Below, piece after piece: positions 50,245 through 64,000 of a DNA stretch of 64,000 bases. This DNA is from Utricularia gibba (taxonomy: Eukaryota > Plantae > Magnoliophyta): contig CM007989.1 of the NCBI GenBank assembly GCA_002189035.1, forward strand, positions 5,580,001 to 5,644,000. Reading direction: 5' to 3'. The notes below the pieces were generated by a model that worked only from the letters and a program-made list of their open reading frames with translations, did no database searches and was not told the DNA's origin. Each line of letters begins with the position of its first letter. The first letter of the stretch is position 1. Position numbers and translations under genes: made by a program.

Positions 50245-51960
50245 CACCGTTTCTATCACTTCATAAATTTAAATATTATTCTTGTTTTGTCAATGATATT
50301 ACCAAATTTGTTTGGTTTTTCCTTTATGCCATAAGAGTGATTTTTCTAATATTTATCTTGATTTTGAAAATTATGTTACTCATCAATTTTAATAACTAAT
50401 TCAAGTTTTTCAATCCTATGGTAGTGGTGAATTCATTAATGCTCATTTCAATAACCATTTTGCAAAACACGTCATTATTCATCAACTTTCATGTCCTCAT
50501 ACTCCTGAACAAAATGGAGTGGCTGAAGCCTATTATGGTACAATTCGTGAGCCCAAAATGACCATGCTTTTTTATAGTGCTATTCACCTTTTTCTTTGGG
50601 TTGACACCTTCCGTACTACTGTTTATGTCCACACCCCTTGAAATGCCTTATCGCAAACCTCCTGCTTTTGATCATCATCGCATCTATGGTAGTCAATGTT
50701 TTTTATATCTTTGGACGGATTCTATTGACAAATTTTCTCCCAAATCCTTGCCTTATGTCTTTATTGGTTATAGTGAACACTACAAAGGCTGCTAATATTA
50801 TCATTCATCGCTCATTGAATATTCATCTCATGACATGTGATGTTTCAGGAGACAATCTTTCCTTATTACAACTGAACCTTGATGTCTATCATGTCTCCCT
50901 ATTCATTTATGACTCGGTCTACTTACCTACTTCTCCTCTATCCTCATCCTCTTTTCTTGTCCCATATCCTCATGTTTCTAATAATACCCCTCTACCCCAC
51001 CCATCTACTCCTCATGAGTCTTTTGCACCCTCGTCCATTGCGCTTCTATTCAAATCCTTTCCCTCATCAATCAATCACATAGTGCTTCACCCTCCCCCCA
51101 CATGCACTCCTCATCCCATGGTGACTTGCTCTCATCATGGGATTGTCAAACCCCACCTACATTATCATGCCTACACTACCCTTTTACTTTTATCCCACTT
51201 GAGCCCAAAAATCTCCAGCAGCCCTATCTCATTTAGGCTGGCGCAATACCTTGCAAGTTCAACTAATGCCTTACATCACAAATGCACATGGGTGCTTGTT
51301 CCTGATACACATGATATGCATGTAATTAGTTTCAAGTGGGCTTACAAAGAAAAGCTCAAGCTTGATGGTTCTCTTGATCGTCTTAAGTTCCACCTAGTTG
51401 CTAAGGGATACAACCAAGTTGATCGTCTCTACCACAATTCACCTTGTTCTTACCATTGCACTTCGACATTGATAGCTTATCCATCAACTTGATGTAAGAA
51501 ATGCCTTCCTCCTTTGAGAAACCATCTACATGGCTCAACCACCAGGTATGTTTGATCCTTACCTCTCCACCCATATTTGCAAGCTCCAAAAAATTTTATG
51601 TGGTTTCAAGAAAGCCCCTCGTGCTTGGCTTGACAAGTTCAGCTCCTTTCTTTTTCACCTTGATTTTTAATGTAGTTTTGCTAACTCTTCTCTTTTGTTC
51701 CTCATTCTCCTAATGGCATCATTTATCTCCTTTTCTATGTTGGTGACATGCTATTAATACCCAGCTTTGACTCTCTTCCTCAATCGCTTATCCTCAATCT
51801 TGCCACTCAATTTGCCTTGAAAGACTTAGAGGGCTCCCCATCACTTTCTTGGTATTGAAATCCAATACTCTTCAATTGGTTTTCATCTTTCTCAGACTCA
51901 CTATCCTATCTCTATCCTCGAGAAGTTGAATCGAACCCAACTTCAGCTAACCTTCTCACT
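50245..51960 (+). mobile_element. Degenerate Ty1/copia fragment 3 (integrase end, linker, RT start)
   Basis: HQLSCPHTPEQNGVAE (~50480-50530), CLYVFIGYS-like motif (~50750) and WVLVP...KWAYKEKLKLDG...LVAKGYNQ (~51290-51420). Confidence 0.75.
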
Positions 51961-53299
51961 GCAAAGTGATTGTCCATCCCATATGCTATTGCACGCCTGA
52001 ACAAGTGGTTGCAATCAAGCGGGAATCAAGGAAATCATCAAGAAAATCTAAATTCTTTGCTTGGAGTTGATCCCTCATCCAAAGATTGTGCTTAACTTTC
52101 ATTTTCATTCATTAGAATGTTTCTTAAATAGTCCATTAAAAATGAAGAAATACAAAAATCCTACCTGACCTAAAAAGAAGAAAGGAAAGAAGGAAATAGG
52201 GCTTTCCAATTCCCATGGTGGAGATCATTAAAACAGTGATTTTTTCAAAAAAAAAATAGAAGGAGAGACGAAGAGAAGAAGGAAGAGGATGATTGGAAGA
52301 ATCCATTTTCAAGATAAACAACAGATTTGATGCAGATTTACTCCTCAGAATTATATTAGAAGTTATTGTTTACACTTGTTTTTGTTTATTCTCAACAATA
52401 ATCGCATATTTGCTTCAATGCTTACATGAGTGTCTAAAATTTTTGGTTGATGCCTTGGCAATATATGTTGATGTAGCTTAAAATCCGAAACTCATGGGTA
52501 AACGTGTAGTCCTATCTAATGAATTCCACAATGGATACATGAAAAGGAAAAAAAACACTTAATCTAAAATACTAGATTTAGATGTAGACTAATGAATTAT
52601 TATGTAAATTCATAGATTGATTTTCTTCATAGAAATCAATAGGATTCAATATAAAAAAATAACAAAATAATAGATAAGAGTAGTACAGATCTTGTTCATC
52701 TTAGATAAGGCATTACTTTCATTCTTAGTACCAAAAGCCAAATTGTTAACTCTCTGGAATCTATAATGTGTCATTCTTTTAAATTTGGTAAATTTACTAT
52801 TCAGATTTTGTTGTATTTGATTCTTGTGATTTCACATCTTTGTAGTTATTAATCTTAGTTAAAGAATTAAAAATAAATTTGACATTCCAAAATGCATGAA
52901 TTCAACACACTTCAAAGATTAGATTATTATGTTCAATTTCTAAACCTAACATACACTTTATTTCTATCTGTATTTTGCATAAATTAGAAAATGTAAACTT
53001 ATTTGATACATATATTTCCTAATTATAAAATATTTTGGAAATTCTCATTCATCATTCATGAATTTCAAAATTGTACAAAGCTGAGTTTCATTATCATATT
53101 CTTGCATTTGATATAAATGAAGAAATTCAATCAAGTACTTCATTTCTTATTTATCAAATACACTCAACATAACTCACTCCTTTATGTTTAATGAAATTAT
53201 TATTTTTAAATTATTTATTAATTTTTTCAAAATATGCTCTGATGGTTATTCTATAAATATACAAAAACCGTTGAATTAATAAATAAAGATCGCATATAA

Positions 53300-53585
53300 A
53301 ATTGATTATTTGGATTTCCTAAAAACAAACTCAAAACACAACATGAGTTTTAAAAAAATATAAAAATGACTTCGGATTAAGGTTCAATCTTGTCACTCAT
53401 ATATGTATGTGTAAATCTTGAAAATTGACTTTTTTATACATGTTTTGGAGCGTTATTTTAAAATAATTGTGCTTTATAACTGCTATAGCATCGTATTCAT
53501 AGAAAATTAATTATTTGGATTTCCTAAAAATAATCTCAAAACAAAAAAAATGTGTTTTAAAAATAATATAAAAAAGTGGCTTCTT
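53300..53585. repeat. Imperfect direct repeat, ~80 bp unit at 205-bp spacing
   Basis: AATT.ATTATTTGGATTTCCTAAAAA...CTCAAAACA...TTTTAAAAA...CTTC at 53300 and 53505. Confidence 0.6.
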
Positions 53586-56500
53586 ATCAATTATAAAAAA
53601 AAAATTGTATTTGATACATAAATTCAATTCAGCAATGATAAAAAAATCTTTATCAAGTGCTCGAATAAAGCAAGGTTTTGGTAAGGAAATGTTTTAGGGT
53701 AAACTTCATTCTTGTTGTTTATCTAATGTAGAATGCCGGAATGCCAGAAACTCCATAACTTGGGCAACTTGATAGTAGAGGAAACATTCTTATAATTGTT
53801 AGAGAAAAGCTTTAAGAGAATTGAAGTTAGGGACAAATAGGGGTAAGCAGAATGCTTAACTATAATTTTCAAAGTTTTATTCGTTTTAAGTTCGTATGCT
53901 ACATATATATTCTATATGATTTTCCTTGCTTAACAGCTAGAATTTTTACTATCTAAATTCATGGTTTTTGTAGATTTGCATGTGTTGTCTCTAAAAAAAA
54001 GAATGATTTTGATTGAAGTTCTGAAAATGGAGATTTAATTTTTGCAAAAACATTGTTGATAGAATGTTGTTTTTAGAGCAGGATCATTATGAGTCTATAA
54101 ATAAAAATTCATATTTTTTTATTGAATGATCCTCTTTATGTGATTTTTATTTTAAATGAAAACCCTTATTCTTAATTTCTAAACATGAAATGAATCAATG
54201 ATTCTCATAGACTATAAAAATTTTATAGGAATCCGGGATTAATGCTGCCTACTTGGTATAAATATGTTTCTATGAGGTAGAAAATTCATGTGGAGTTGTG
54301 GGTGCATACTCTCATAGGTTAGGTATGCCTGAAGTATCTCGAAATGAAGAATGACTATAAAAAAAAAAAAACTCCAAAGAAGAAAGCTACATGGCAAATA
54401 CCCAAGGAAAATACCAAGCTTATGCTAAATTTTGTTGGGAACGGAAGTGACATCCCTTCGATCAATCCACTAAAGACAAAGCCACTTTCGTTTCTTCTAT
54501 CTAATCTCTAAAGTCATGCAAACAAAGCTCATTAGATAGAAAAAGGTGTCACCATTGCTAAACATGTTTTTCTTTGAAGCTCTCATCCTTTTACTACTTT
54601 TAAATAGTGATTTATGCTTCACTATTTAAAACTTCATTCTTGGATAAGATAAGATTTACATCTTATATTGAAATATTTGAATATAATCTGTCTGTAAGGT
54701 GTGAGATATAGCGATTAAAATTCAGTGTAGTGAAACATTAATTATTATAAAAATTGAAATGACTCTAATCATATGATTGATTTTATAATCTCATTAAATG
54801 GGGTATAATGCTATAATGGTTATTGAATAGTATTATTTTGAAATAATGTTTCCATAACTTGCACAAACAAATCGATTCTTAAGATTTGCATACACGATGG
54901 GCAAGTTTTGAGTAAGTTGGATTCAAAATCCAAAACTATTTTTTGTATTATTTTTAAAGTTAATCTTTTGTTTGGTTTTTGGTTATTTTTAAGTCAAAAA
55001 ATTCAATAATAATTTTATGTAAAGACAATCTGAACTTATTATTACGATGGTTTATGCACATTTACAAAATCACCATCAATTATTTTTGTTTGTGCATCTC
55101 TAGCTTTGTGATCTCCTATCCATTTGGGAATTCAGGAGTTCTTTTGAAAATTGTGTAACCGTGCATAGTGCACATGCATGTTTCTCTTGCCATGTTTCCT
55201 TGTTTATCTTTCCATGTCGTTGGCATCTTGATTATATACTTCCTGTTTCAAATCTCCAACCATGGAATAAGTTGTATTTTCTTTTCTCGTCTTGATAGCA
55301 CTTTAGGATTTACTTGGATTGGGGAGCATCTACCAAGTGAGCACACGTTTTATAGTCGACATGACCATCCATCCCATCAACTGTCACCGAATTTCGCCAA
55401 GTGTTGTTGTGTGAAACCGGGCTAGAGTTGGTTTGGGAGACTCAAGGGTATAAATAGGGGGTGTGGTATGAGAAATGACCAAAATTCTCCTAAACCTCTT
55501 CCTTTTTTCCATTTTTTAACTTCGTTTGATATGCATTTTTCTACTTTTACTCCCCGAGCATGCTCATTTCTTGAACTTCAATGGTTTCGCGACAGATGCT
55601 TCTTGTGGACTTTTGATGGGTCGGAACGATCTTAGACCGGACTCCGACAAAATTATGTTTTTTTTGTGCGCTTCTTATGGGGAGTTCGTCAGGTTAAGAA
55701 AAAAAAACGGCACTAGGATTTTTATGGCGGTAGTAATGACCTGAGCATGAGACTTGTAACTAAACTCGATTGATGAAGCTTATAAGTAAAACCAAAAAGA
55801 AATGTTTTTACACTTGGCCCTTGCTTATTTCTCACTTCTGTCAAGTGGAAGCTCTAAAATTAGTGTGGGTAGTATATATTAACAAAAGAATAGAACGTGA
55901 AATAGGGTTAGTTAGACTGGATGTATTATAAAAATGGCCATTATTTTTTAAGTTTGTGAGAAAAATTGTTATCATATATATAAAAATTTCATATAAATAT
56001 ATAAGAGAAAAAAAAACTCAAATTATAAATGATCCTAACTACATCATGGGGTCTCGAGCACCTCCCCTCGCTAGGCTTGCATCATTACTCTAAATACATG
56101 GCATCAAATAACAATAGAGTGATGATGATTTGAAAAACATAATAATACTAAATACGTGAAAATTAAAAAACTTACAACACTTTACTTTGTTCATTAATTC
56201 AAGAGTCAAGTTTGGTAAAATTTAAAAATTTTTATTCTACAAATTTAATATTACATTTATTTATGAATTAAATAATAATAATAATATTTTAAGATAATTA
56301 TATATTCATTTCTTTTTAATTTAAAATATATTTAAATGTATAATAAAAACTATATATTATGTTATCATATTACAATTATTTATTAATATTTCAATATTTG
56401 TATAGAAAATTATTTAAATTATTACTACAACGCAAATACTGATCAATTCTCAGCCTGTAATTCCCCATTTCCGACGAGAGCAAACCAGACATGATGCGAC

Positions 56501-56616
56501 CCAACGGCTTTAAATGTTTCACCGATCCACCTAACAAGATACATCGCTCATAAATTGTGGGTCTCATGAAAACGTGAATCCATTTAATACGTATGTGATC
56601 GTGGTCGATATAAGAT

Positions 56617-57465
56617 ATGAGCACGATGGGTTTTCTGAACTTGTTGAGTTTGAGTATGGACAGAAAGGTGGCAATTCTTTGCATTTTATTGCCTGTTGTT
56701 GTGGGAGCGGCAGCTAATCTAAGGGAGGAGAGGCTTCTGATGCAAAAGACTGGTGGAGTAATGGGTGGAATCGGCGCCGCCGGTGCGCACGGCGTTGGAC
56801 TTGGAAGTGGACATGTAAATGGTGGAGGAGGACCCGCCATCACCGGCGGAGGACGTCCCCGTTTACTGGGTAAAATTGGCGGTGGTGGAAGCGTTGGCAG
56901 TGGAGGTGGAAGCGGAGGAATTGGCAGTGGACATGGTGGCATTAGTGGGAGTGTTAACAGCGGAGTTTCCGGTGGACGTGGTGGCATCGGTGGTATTACA
57001 GGTGGACGCGGTGGCATCGGCGGTATTACAGGTGGACGTGGTGGTGGTGGTGGTGGTGGAAGCGTTGGCAGCGGAGGAGTTGTCGGTGGACATGGTGGCG
57101 ATGGAGGGAGAGTTTATGGTGGACGTGTCGGCGGCGGCGGTGGAGCTGTGGTTGGAAGTGATGGCGGGAGCTCTAGAGGAGGCGGTGTGAGTAGGGGATA
57201 CGCGAGAGGGGGTGTGATTAGTGGGGGTGGGGTGGTGGGCGGTTTTGGGCAAGGTGGTGGGTACGGAACAGGAGGTGCATTTGGAAAAGGCGGCGGAGTA
57301 GGGTGGAGCACCGGCGGAGGAGCCGGCAAGGGAACGAGCTTCGGCGTAGGCGGAGGCGGCGGCGGAGTCTTAGGCGACGTCTTCGGCAAAGGATGGGGTT
57401 TCGGTCCTATTGGCGGTGGCGGTGGCGGTGGCGGTGGCGGTGGGGGAATTATACCTCATCATTAG
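56617..57465 (+). CDS. Secreted glycine-rich (cell-wall-type) protein, intronless, 282 aa
   Basis: Hydrophobic N-terminal signal (KVAILCILLPVVVGAAA) followed by a Gly-rich repetitive domain; GC-rich ORF in an AT-rich background; upstream TATA-like CATAAAT near 56549. Confidence 0.85.
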   Translation: MSTMGFLNLLSLSMDRKVAILCILLPVVVGAAANLREERLLMQKTGGVMGGIGAAGAHGVGLGSGHVNGGGGPAITGGGRPRLLGKIGGGGSVGSGGGSGGIGSGHGGISGSVNSGVSGGRGGIGGITGGRGGIGGITGGRGGGGGGGSVGSGGVVGGHGGDGGRVYGGRVGGGGGAVVGSDGGSSRGGGVSRGYARGGVISGGGVVGGFGQGGGYGTGGAFGKGGGVGWSTGGGAGKGTSFGVGGGGGGVLGDVFGKGWGFGPIGGGGGGGGGGGGIIPHH

Positions 57466-59092
57466 CTCCGAATTTCAATTTTCTTTCGCCCCTCCGCCGT
57501 GCCGTTGTATCTTACGCCATCCTTTCCATTAAATTTGCGGAAAAAAAATAAATAAAATATTCGCCTTCACATCCACACACACACACAAAAAAAAAACTTG
57601 TAAAAAATGGTACTTCGCCGTCCATTTCGTTATTTCAATCTTAAAAATAAAAGATTCGTTGTTAAATATGGCTTAGTGTTCTTTTTCAAAAGTATATATC
57701 GAAAAATAGAAAGTAAGTCAAATTATTATTTTTCAGAAAACTATTTGAGAGATACATGAATCTAAAAAGTAATTCGTAAAATTCCAAATTGGGATCTTGA
57801 TATCATTGATTATCATGATTTGAAAAAATTATAAAATTAGTCCTCAACATTTACTGTTCATACGCGCGAAATAAACCTTTGGAGCAATTAGTTCTCAGTT
57901 GTGTACATACTCATTATTTACATAAACAATTTGATATAAATAGTCTTCATTATATAAAGTAATTAGTATTAGATATTCCCTAATTTTATTACATTTACGC
58001 ACACTTTTTCCTAATTAAAAAACCAATTATTTGACAACACCCAAAGATGTGTCATAAACGACTAAAACATAACAACTGGTTGCAGTTGGTCGGGAAGATG
58101 GACGTGAATTGCCTACACCCCTGAGGCATAACAATATCACACTCGATTGAATAACCCTAACAATGCCACACTCACTAGACGCACCATAGCATCAGTAAAC
58201 TCCACTGCGTCGGCACACTTTGCAACTACATTGTGCCGGCGCACTTTGTAACATATCATGCAAATTACAATCGACATCGGTTGTATACTCAATCACCAAT
58301 TTGCACTAGAAAAACTCATACGCCTTCCACTGCGCGAGGCACACAACATCAAATTTCATGAAATTATACATAACTTTGAATATTCATTTTAGCAATTGGA
58401 TCGCACAGATGATTCGAGGATATTCTAATGTGTACCTACAGACTCTATGATAAATATTACATGAGTGGCATCGAAGAAACGAATCCTATTTTTTAGACTT
58501 CTACTCGGATGGTGACCCTATACTAATTGGATTTTATAATGAGGCTTTATGTTTTACTAAACAGGGATTAGTGTAAAATTTTTAAGTTTTATAAGTTAAC
58601 TAATTCGTTATCTACTAATGATCGATTACTTTTACAGGAAATATCTTAAATTTATTCTACAGGCTAAGAAGGTCAAGTATGTGGTTCAAACTCGATTTTG
58701 CTTTGAAATACCTGTTGTATATTTAATATAGTGCCAGATTTAGATTTGCTATCACTTTGTAAATTTTATTATTTATGAAATACCTGTATATTTTGAAATT
58801 ACATATAATCGATGAAACTATTAACTCGCTTTCGACAATAAATATATTAATAAATTAATAACATCAACCTATATATTTTTAAAAAATAATCATTATTGTT
58901 AACATATTTTCTAACCAACTAAAAAAAGTGTTAATTTAGAAATTACAATTTATATATTATTTAATACTTATAAACAACATTGAAGTTACAAAAAAAAATT
59001 ACAAAATAATATTTAAAGTATAAACATGTTTCTGAATCTTATTCAACTAGATTGGAGTAATGAATTAGGTTGTGGGCTGGATGGTGCTAGGC

Positions 59093-59696
59093 TGATGTGA
59101 CCCTCTAATCTATAGAGATTAGCAACCCACAAAAAAGAGGTGATTTTGAAGCTTAGAAGAGAACCCACCCAAGTCTACCCTCAAGAGAATAAATCTCTTG
59201 CAATCAGACTTCGAAACAAAGAAAATTAGGAGCCACACTTCAGAAAAGAGAGATTGATTGGAAGTAATAATCCTAGAACGCCACAAGCTCAAAGCTTGAT
59301 AAGTTAAGAGTGTTCAAGCACTCAAAGGAGAGGGGAATCCTCACAAGATACATAAAATGACCAAAGATCCTGAATTAGTACATCTCTAGAGTATTTATAC
59401 TCTAGAATTGGGCTCTAACATTACATAGTCCAAACTAAATGAAATAGAAAAGTCTAACAAGCCCAATGCTCTAAGTTAAGTCCATCTTCAAGTAGTTGAG
59501 CTCTTTTGATGGGATGTCTTCAAGCCCATGTTTGATTCCAATGGTATTGAGTAGACCCTTAAGTGTATCTTCAACCATCTTTGTCTTGCTCCTAGTCATT
59601 GGTCCTGGTGGAATCATCTTTCTTTCTAATTTGTTCACTTGAACAAACTCCTCATCATTCTTCAAATACACTTCATTATCTTCCTGGGGCTCATCA
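59093..59696 (-). repeat. CRM 3' LTR (604 bp)
   Basis: Minus strand TGATGAG...CACATCA; begins inside the integrase ORF directly after the PPT, as is typical of CRM. Confidence 0.8.
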
Positions 59697-62600
59697 TCCC
59701 CCCTTTCTTTAGGAAGATTCGTCCCTGAATCTGTATCCATGTCGAAAAGAGACAAATCAGCAACATTAAAAGTTGAATGAACAGAATACTCACCTGGTAA
59801 ATCTAGCTTGTACGCATTATCATTAACGCGCTCAACAACTTGGAAAGGGCCATCTCCACGAGGTAGAAGTTTGGACTTTCTCTTTGTGAGAAATCTCTCC
59901 TTCCTAAGATGAAGCCAAACCCAATCTCCAGGTTCAAATACAACTTTGCGTCTCCCCTTGTTTGCTGCTGATGCATACTTTGCATTGTTGCATTCAATCT
60001 GTTGTTTCATCTTTTCATGCAATCTTCTGATTGCATCAGCTCTCTTCTTGCCATCTAAACTAACTTTCTCATCACAAGGCAAAGGTAACATATCCAAAGG
60101 TGTAAGAGGATTAAAACCATAAACGACTTCAAATGGAGATAATTTAGTAGTCAGATGCATGGTTCTATTGTAAGCAAACTCAACAAGTGGCAAACATTCC
60201 TCCCAAGTCTTAAGATTTGATTTAATCATAATCCTAAGTAAGGTAGAAAGTGTGCGATTAGTTACCTCAGTTTGCCCATCGGTTTGAGGGTGACATGTTG
60301 TTGAGTATAACAGCTTAGTGCCAAGTTTACTCCAAAGAACTCTCCAAAAGTGACTAAGAAACCTTGCATCTCGATCAGAGACAATAGTTAGGGGCATACC
60401 ATGAAGTCTAACAACTTCCCTAAAGAAGAGATCAGCCACATGAGATGCATCATCAGTTTTATGGCAGGGAATAAAGTGTGCCATCTTTGAAAACCTGTCC
60501 ACAACAACGAAAATTGAATCTCTACCCTTTGGGTACGAGGTAAGCCTAAAACAAAGTCCATAGAAATGTCCACCCATGGTTGGGAAGGAGTAGGGAGTGG
60601 AGTATACAAACCATTAGGGGCAGTGGTTGATTTAGCCTTCCTACAAGAGATACATCTAGAACAAATTCTTTCAACATCCCTTCTCATGTGTGGCCAAAAG
60701 AAATGTTGGGTGAGAGTATCGAGAGTCTTTTTAACACCAAAATGTCCCATTAGTCCCCCACCATGAGCTTCTCTAACAATCAAATCACGTATGGAGCAAG
60801 AAGGAATGCACAGCCTATCTTTCCTATAAAGAAAACCATCTTTCCTGAAGAATAGCCCAAATGTAGCAAGTTCACATGCCTTATAAATATCCCCAAAATC
60901 GTGATCATGAACATATAAGTCAATGATGGAAGCAAATCCAAGAATTCTTGCATCAAGATTGGCTAAGAGAGTGTACCTTCGAGATAAAGCATCAGCAACC
61001 ACATTCTCCTTACCTTTCTTGTATTTGATCACATATGGGAATGTGTCAATGAATTCCACCCACTTAGCATGTCTTCTATTCAGCTTTACTTGAGCCTTCA
61101 AATGTTTGAGAGACTCATGATCAGTGTGTATCACGAACTCCTTAGGCCATAAGTAGTGCTGCCATGTCTCCAAAGATCTAACCAACGCATACAACTCTTT
61201 GTCATATGTTGGATAGTTGAGGGTGGCACCATGAAGCTTCTCACTAAAATAAGCAAGTGGATGTCCCTTTTGCATCAACACAGCACCAATCCCTAAACCT
61301 GATGCATCACATTCAATTTCAAAAGTATCAGAAAATTTTGGAAGTGCTAGGAGAGGTGTTGAGCAAAGCTTATTCTTGAGTTGTTTGAAAGCATGTTCCT
61401 GCTCATCTCCCCAATGAAATGCATGATTTTTCTTGATCAACTGGGTGAGGGGTGCTGCTATAGAACTGAAGTCCCTAACAAACCGTTTATAGAAACTTGC
61501 TAAACCATGAAAACTTCTAACTTCACCCACTGATGTAGGTGTTGGCCATTCTTTGATTGCTCTTACTTTCTCTTCATCCACAGCTACTCCTGCATTACTT
61601 ACAACATATCCAAGAAAAGAGACACTATTTGTGCAAAAGACACACTTTTTGATATTAGCAAACAACTTCTCTTTTCTAAGAGTATCTAACACATCTTTCA
61701 AATGCCCTACATGTTCCTCAATACTTTTACTATAGATCAGAATATCATCAAAATAAACAACAACAAATCTACCTATAAAAGGCCTAAGAACGTGATTCAT
61801 CAATCTCATAAAGGTGCTAGGAGCATTGGTTAACCCAAAAGGCATAACAACCCACTCATACAAACCAAACTTAGTTTTAAAAGCAGTTTTCCACTCATCA
61901 CCTTCCTTCATTCTAATCTGATGATATCCACTTCTCAAATCAATCTTACTAAAAACACAAGCACCATGCAATTCATCAAGCATATCTTCAAGTCTAGGGA
62001 TAGGATGTCTATACTTGATTGTGATGTTGTTGACGGCGCGACAATCAGTGTACATCCGCCAAGTTCCATCAGACTTTGGAACCAATAACACCGGCACCGA
62101 GCAAGGACTCATGCTCTCACGCACAAATCCTTTAGACACCAATTCCTCAACTTGTTTTTGTATTTCCTTCGTCTCCTCTGGATTGGCTCGGTATGCTGGT
62201 CGGTTTGGGAGTTGTGCTCCAGGGACAAGGTCAATTTGATGCTCAATCCCTCTAAGGGGAGGTAAGCCTTGAAGTTCTTCTGGAAAAACATCTTCATATA
62301 CCTGTAAGAGAGACACAACACAAGATGGAATGGATGAAGCATGGTTAGGTGAAGTAGGAACTTCATCCTTATACATGAGTAGAATAAATGGTTGCCTAGC
62401 ATGAAGTAAGTGTCTAATCTCACTTGGCCTTGCTAATAGACTCTCATTCTTTCTCTCAATTCCTAAAACTCTCATGTTTTCACTCTCTGTTTTGTGCTCA
62501 TTTTCATCCTTTTTTTCACTCAATTCCTTGCCATCTCTTATTTTTTCTCCACTTTTTCGCATCTTTTTTTCACTCATTTTCACTTCACTCATCTCTTCTC

Positions 62601-64000
62601 CCTTACGAACGACCACCTTGTGCTTTCCATTATCAGTATGAAGGCCTCTAGCATCACTCAGAATTCTGACTTGATCTTCATGTGCCTCCTTTGGAGATAA
62701 TGGAGCAAGTGTGATGGAGCGTCCATTATAATTGAAGGAATATTTGTTCTTGAAACCATCATGAAATGCTCTTCTATCATATTCCCAAGGTCTCCCAAGA
62801 AGAATATGGCTTGCATGCATAGGAACAACATCACATAGGACTTCATCTTCATATCTCCCTATGGAAAACGTCACAAGCACTTGTTTGGTAACCTTTACCT
62901 CACTTCCTTCATTGAACCACTGCAGATTGTAAGGCTTAGGATGCCTCACGGTGGGTAGTCCCAATTTCTCCACCAAGATGTTGCTAGCAACATTGGTGCA
63001 ACTACCTCCATCAATAATCAGGCTGCAAACTTTCCTATTAACAAAGCATCGGGTTTGAAACAAGTTCTCCCTTTGCTCTTCATTATCCTTCACCCCAATG
63101 TTAAGCGTCCTTCGAGTGACTAATACTTCTCCAGAAACAGGCAATTCATCCTCATCACTCACTTCAGCTTCTGTCTCCACTAGATCATCATCATCTTCAC
63201 TAACAACTTCGCCATTGCCCCTAATCACCATTGCTCGTTTATTTGGGCATTCAGAAGCAATATGTCCAAGTCCCAAGCATTTGAAACATTTTATGTTTCT
63301 GGTAGTTCCCTTTGAAGGTGTTGTTCGCTCCCCTTGCTTGGAACTTGATTGGATGTCGAATTTGAAGTGTTCCATGGATGACTTCCCTTTATTTCTCTCC
63401 ATCATCTCATTGGTGCCCCCAAATTTCGAACCAGAAGTCCTCTTGTTGAAATCTCTTGCGAAACTCTTGCTAGATAGTTGTTTCTCAACCTTTGTGGCCA
63501 TATGAATCATGTCCTCCATCTCAATGTAGTGATGAAGCTCCACAATATTTGCAATCTCCTTATTCATCCCATGAAGAAACCTAGCCATAGTTGCTTCTCT
63601 ATCTTCCTGAACATGAGCTCTAATCATTAAAATCTCCATTTCCTGCCAATATTCCTCCACTGGCCTTGAGCCCTGCTTGAGATTTTGCAAACGTTGATAA
63701 ACATCTCTTTGGTAATGGTTTGGAACAAACCGCCTCCTCATAACTCTTTTCATCTCAACCCAAGTGTGAATTGGTTCTTCAGAGTCAATCCTTCTTTTAG
63801 CCACCAATTGATCCCACCAAATGATAGCATACTCACTAAATTCCATGGAGGCCAATCTGATTTTCTTTTCGTCAGAGAAGGTGTTGCAATCAAAGACATG
63901 TTCTACTCTTGTTTCCCATTGGAGATATGCATCTGGATCATTCTTTCCTTGAAATTGAGGTATCTTCATCTTGATGTTGTTAACATCCTTTCCAATTCTT
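59471..64000 (-). CDS. CRM gag-pol polyprotein, open except for one -1 frameshift near 60525
   Basis: ORFs 60388..63969 and 59471..60577 join as [11 protein letters not shown](R)GRDSIF if one base is restored. The frame stays open to the window edge ([14 protein letters not shown]). Confidence 0.88.
59697..59710 (-). promoter_or_regulatory. Polypurine tract of the CRM element
   Basis: AAAGAAAGGGGGGA on the minus strand immediately before TGATGAG. Confidence 0.8.

Larger units (their letters stand above)
59093..64000 (-). mobile_element. CRM-clade (centromeric retrotransposon) Ty3/gypsy element; 5' part outside the window
   Basis: Gag ([18 protein letters not shown]), zinc knuckle [14 protein letters not shown], protease [23 protein letters not shown], RNase [11 protein letters not shown], integrase HHCC and DDE, and CR motif GPMTRSK extending into the 3' LTR. 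Confidence 0.95.

Noticed and set aside
50638-51492. 284-aa ORF as a host gene
   Set aside because: Lies within copia fragment 3; its end is the RT start motif and its beginning is out of frame with the integrase.
55154-55812. Possible TGTAAC...TTACA solo LTR with a TATA box at ~55450
   Set aside because: Flanks (AATTG and CTTGG) do not form a TSD, and there is no second copy, PBS or PPT in the window.
56391-57551. Pro/Thr/Val-rich ORFs overlapping the glycine-rich gene on other frames and strands
   Set aside because: They are shadows of GGN-codon repeats; only the + frame has a signal peptide and a coherent structure.
1-64000. tRNA, rRNA, snoRNA or miRNA genes
   Set aside because: None could be supported by eye; the tRNA-like matches are only the 18-nt primer-binding sites. 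tRNAscan-SE and Infernal were not run.

Overview
Plant (eudicot) nuclear DNA, AT-rich and dominated by transposons, with five intact host genes. These are an 18-exon protoporphyrinogen oxidase 2 (703-5339 +), an NT-C2/EEIG1-domain protein (14924-19137 +) lying tail-to-tail with an adenylate-kinase-7-like gene (19390-20661 -), an F-box/LRR protein (36557-38260 -) and an intronless secreted glycine-rich protein (56617-57465 +). The rest is a nested TE landscape: a decayed PIF/Harbinger element, MITEs, three Ty1/copia remnants, Athila-type LTRs and a near-intact CRM-clade Ty3/gypsy element cut off by the window end. The most distinctive system is a Tat/Retand-type family present as two ~5.5 kb elements and two solo LTRs. 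Both elements have lost almost all of gag-pol at a shared junction but keep a large antisense ORF (Transposase_28-like domain plus coiled coil) with a putative promoter of its own. All exon, LTR and TSD coordinates were read by eye; identity values are rough estimates, not alignment output.
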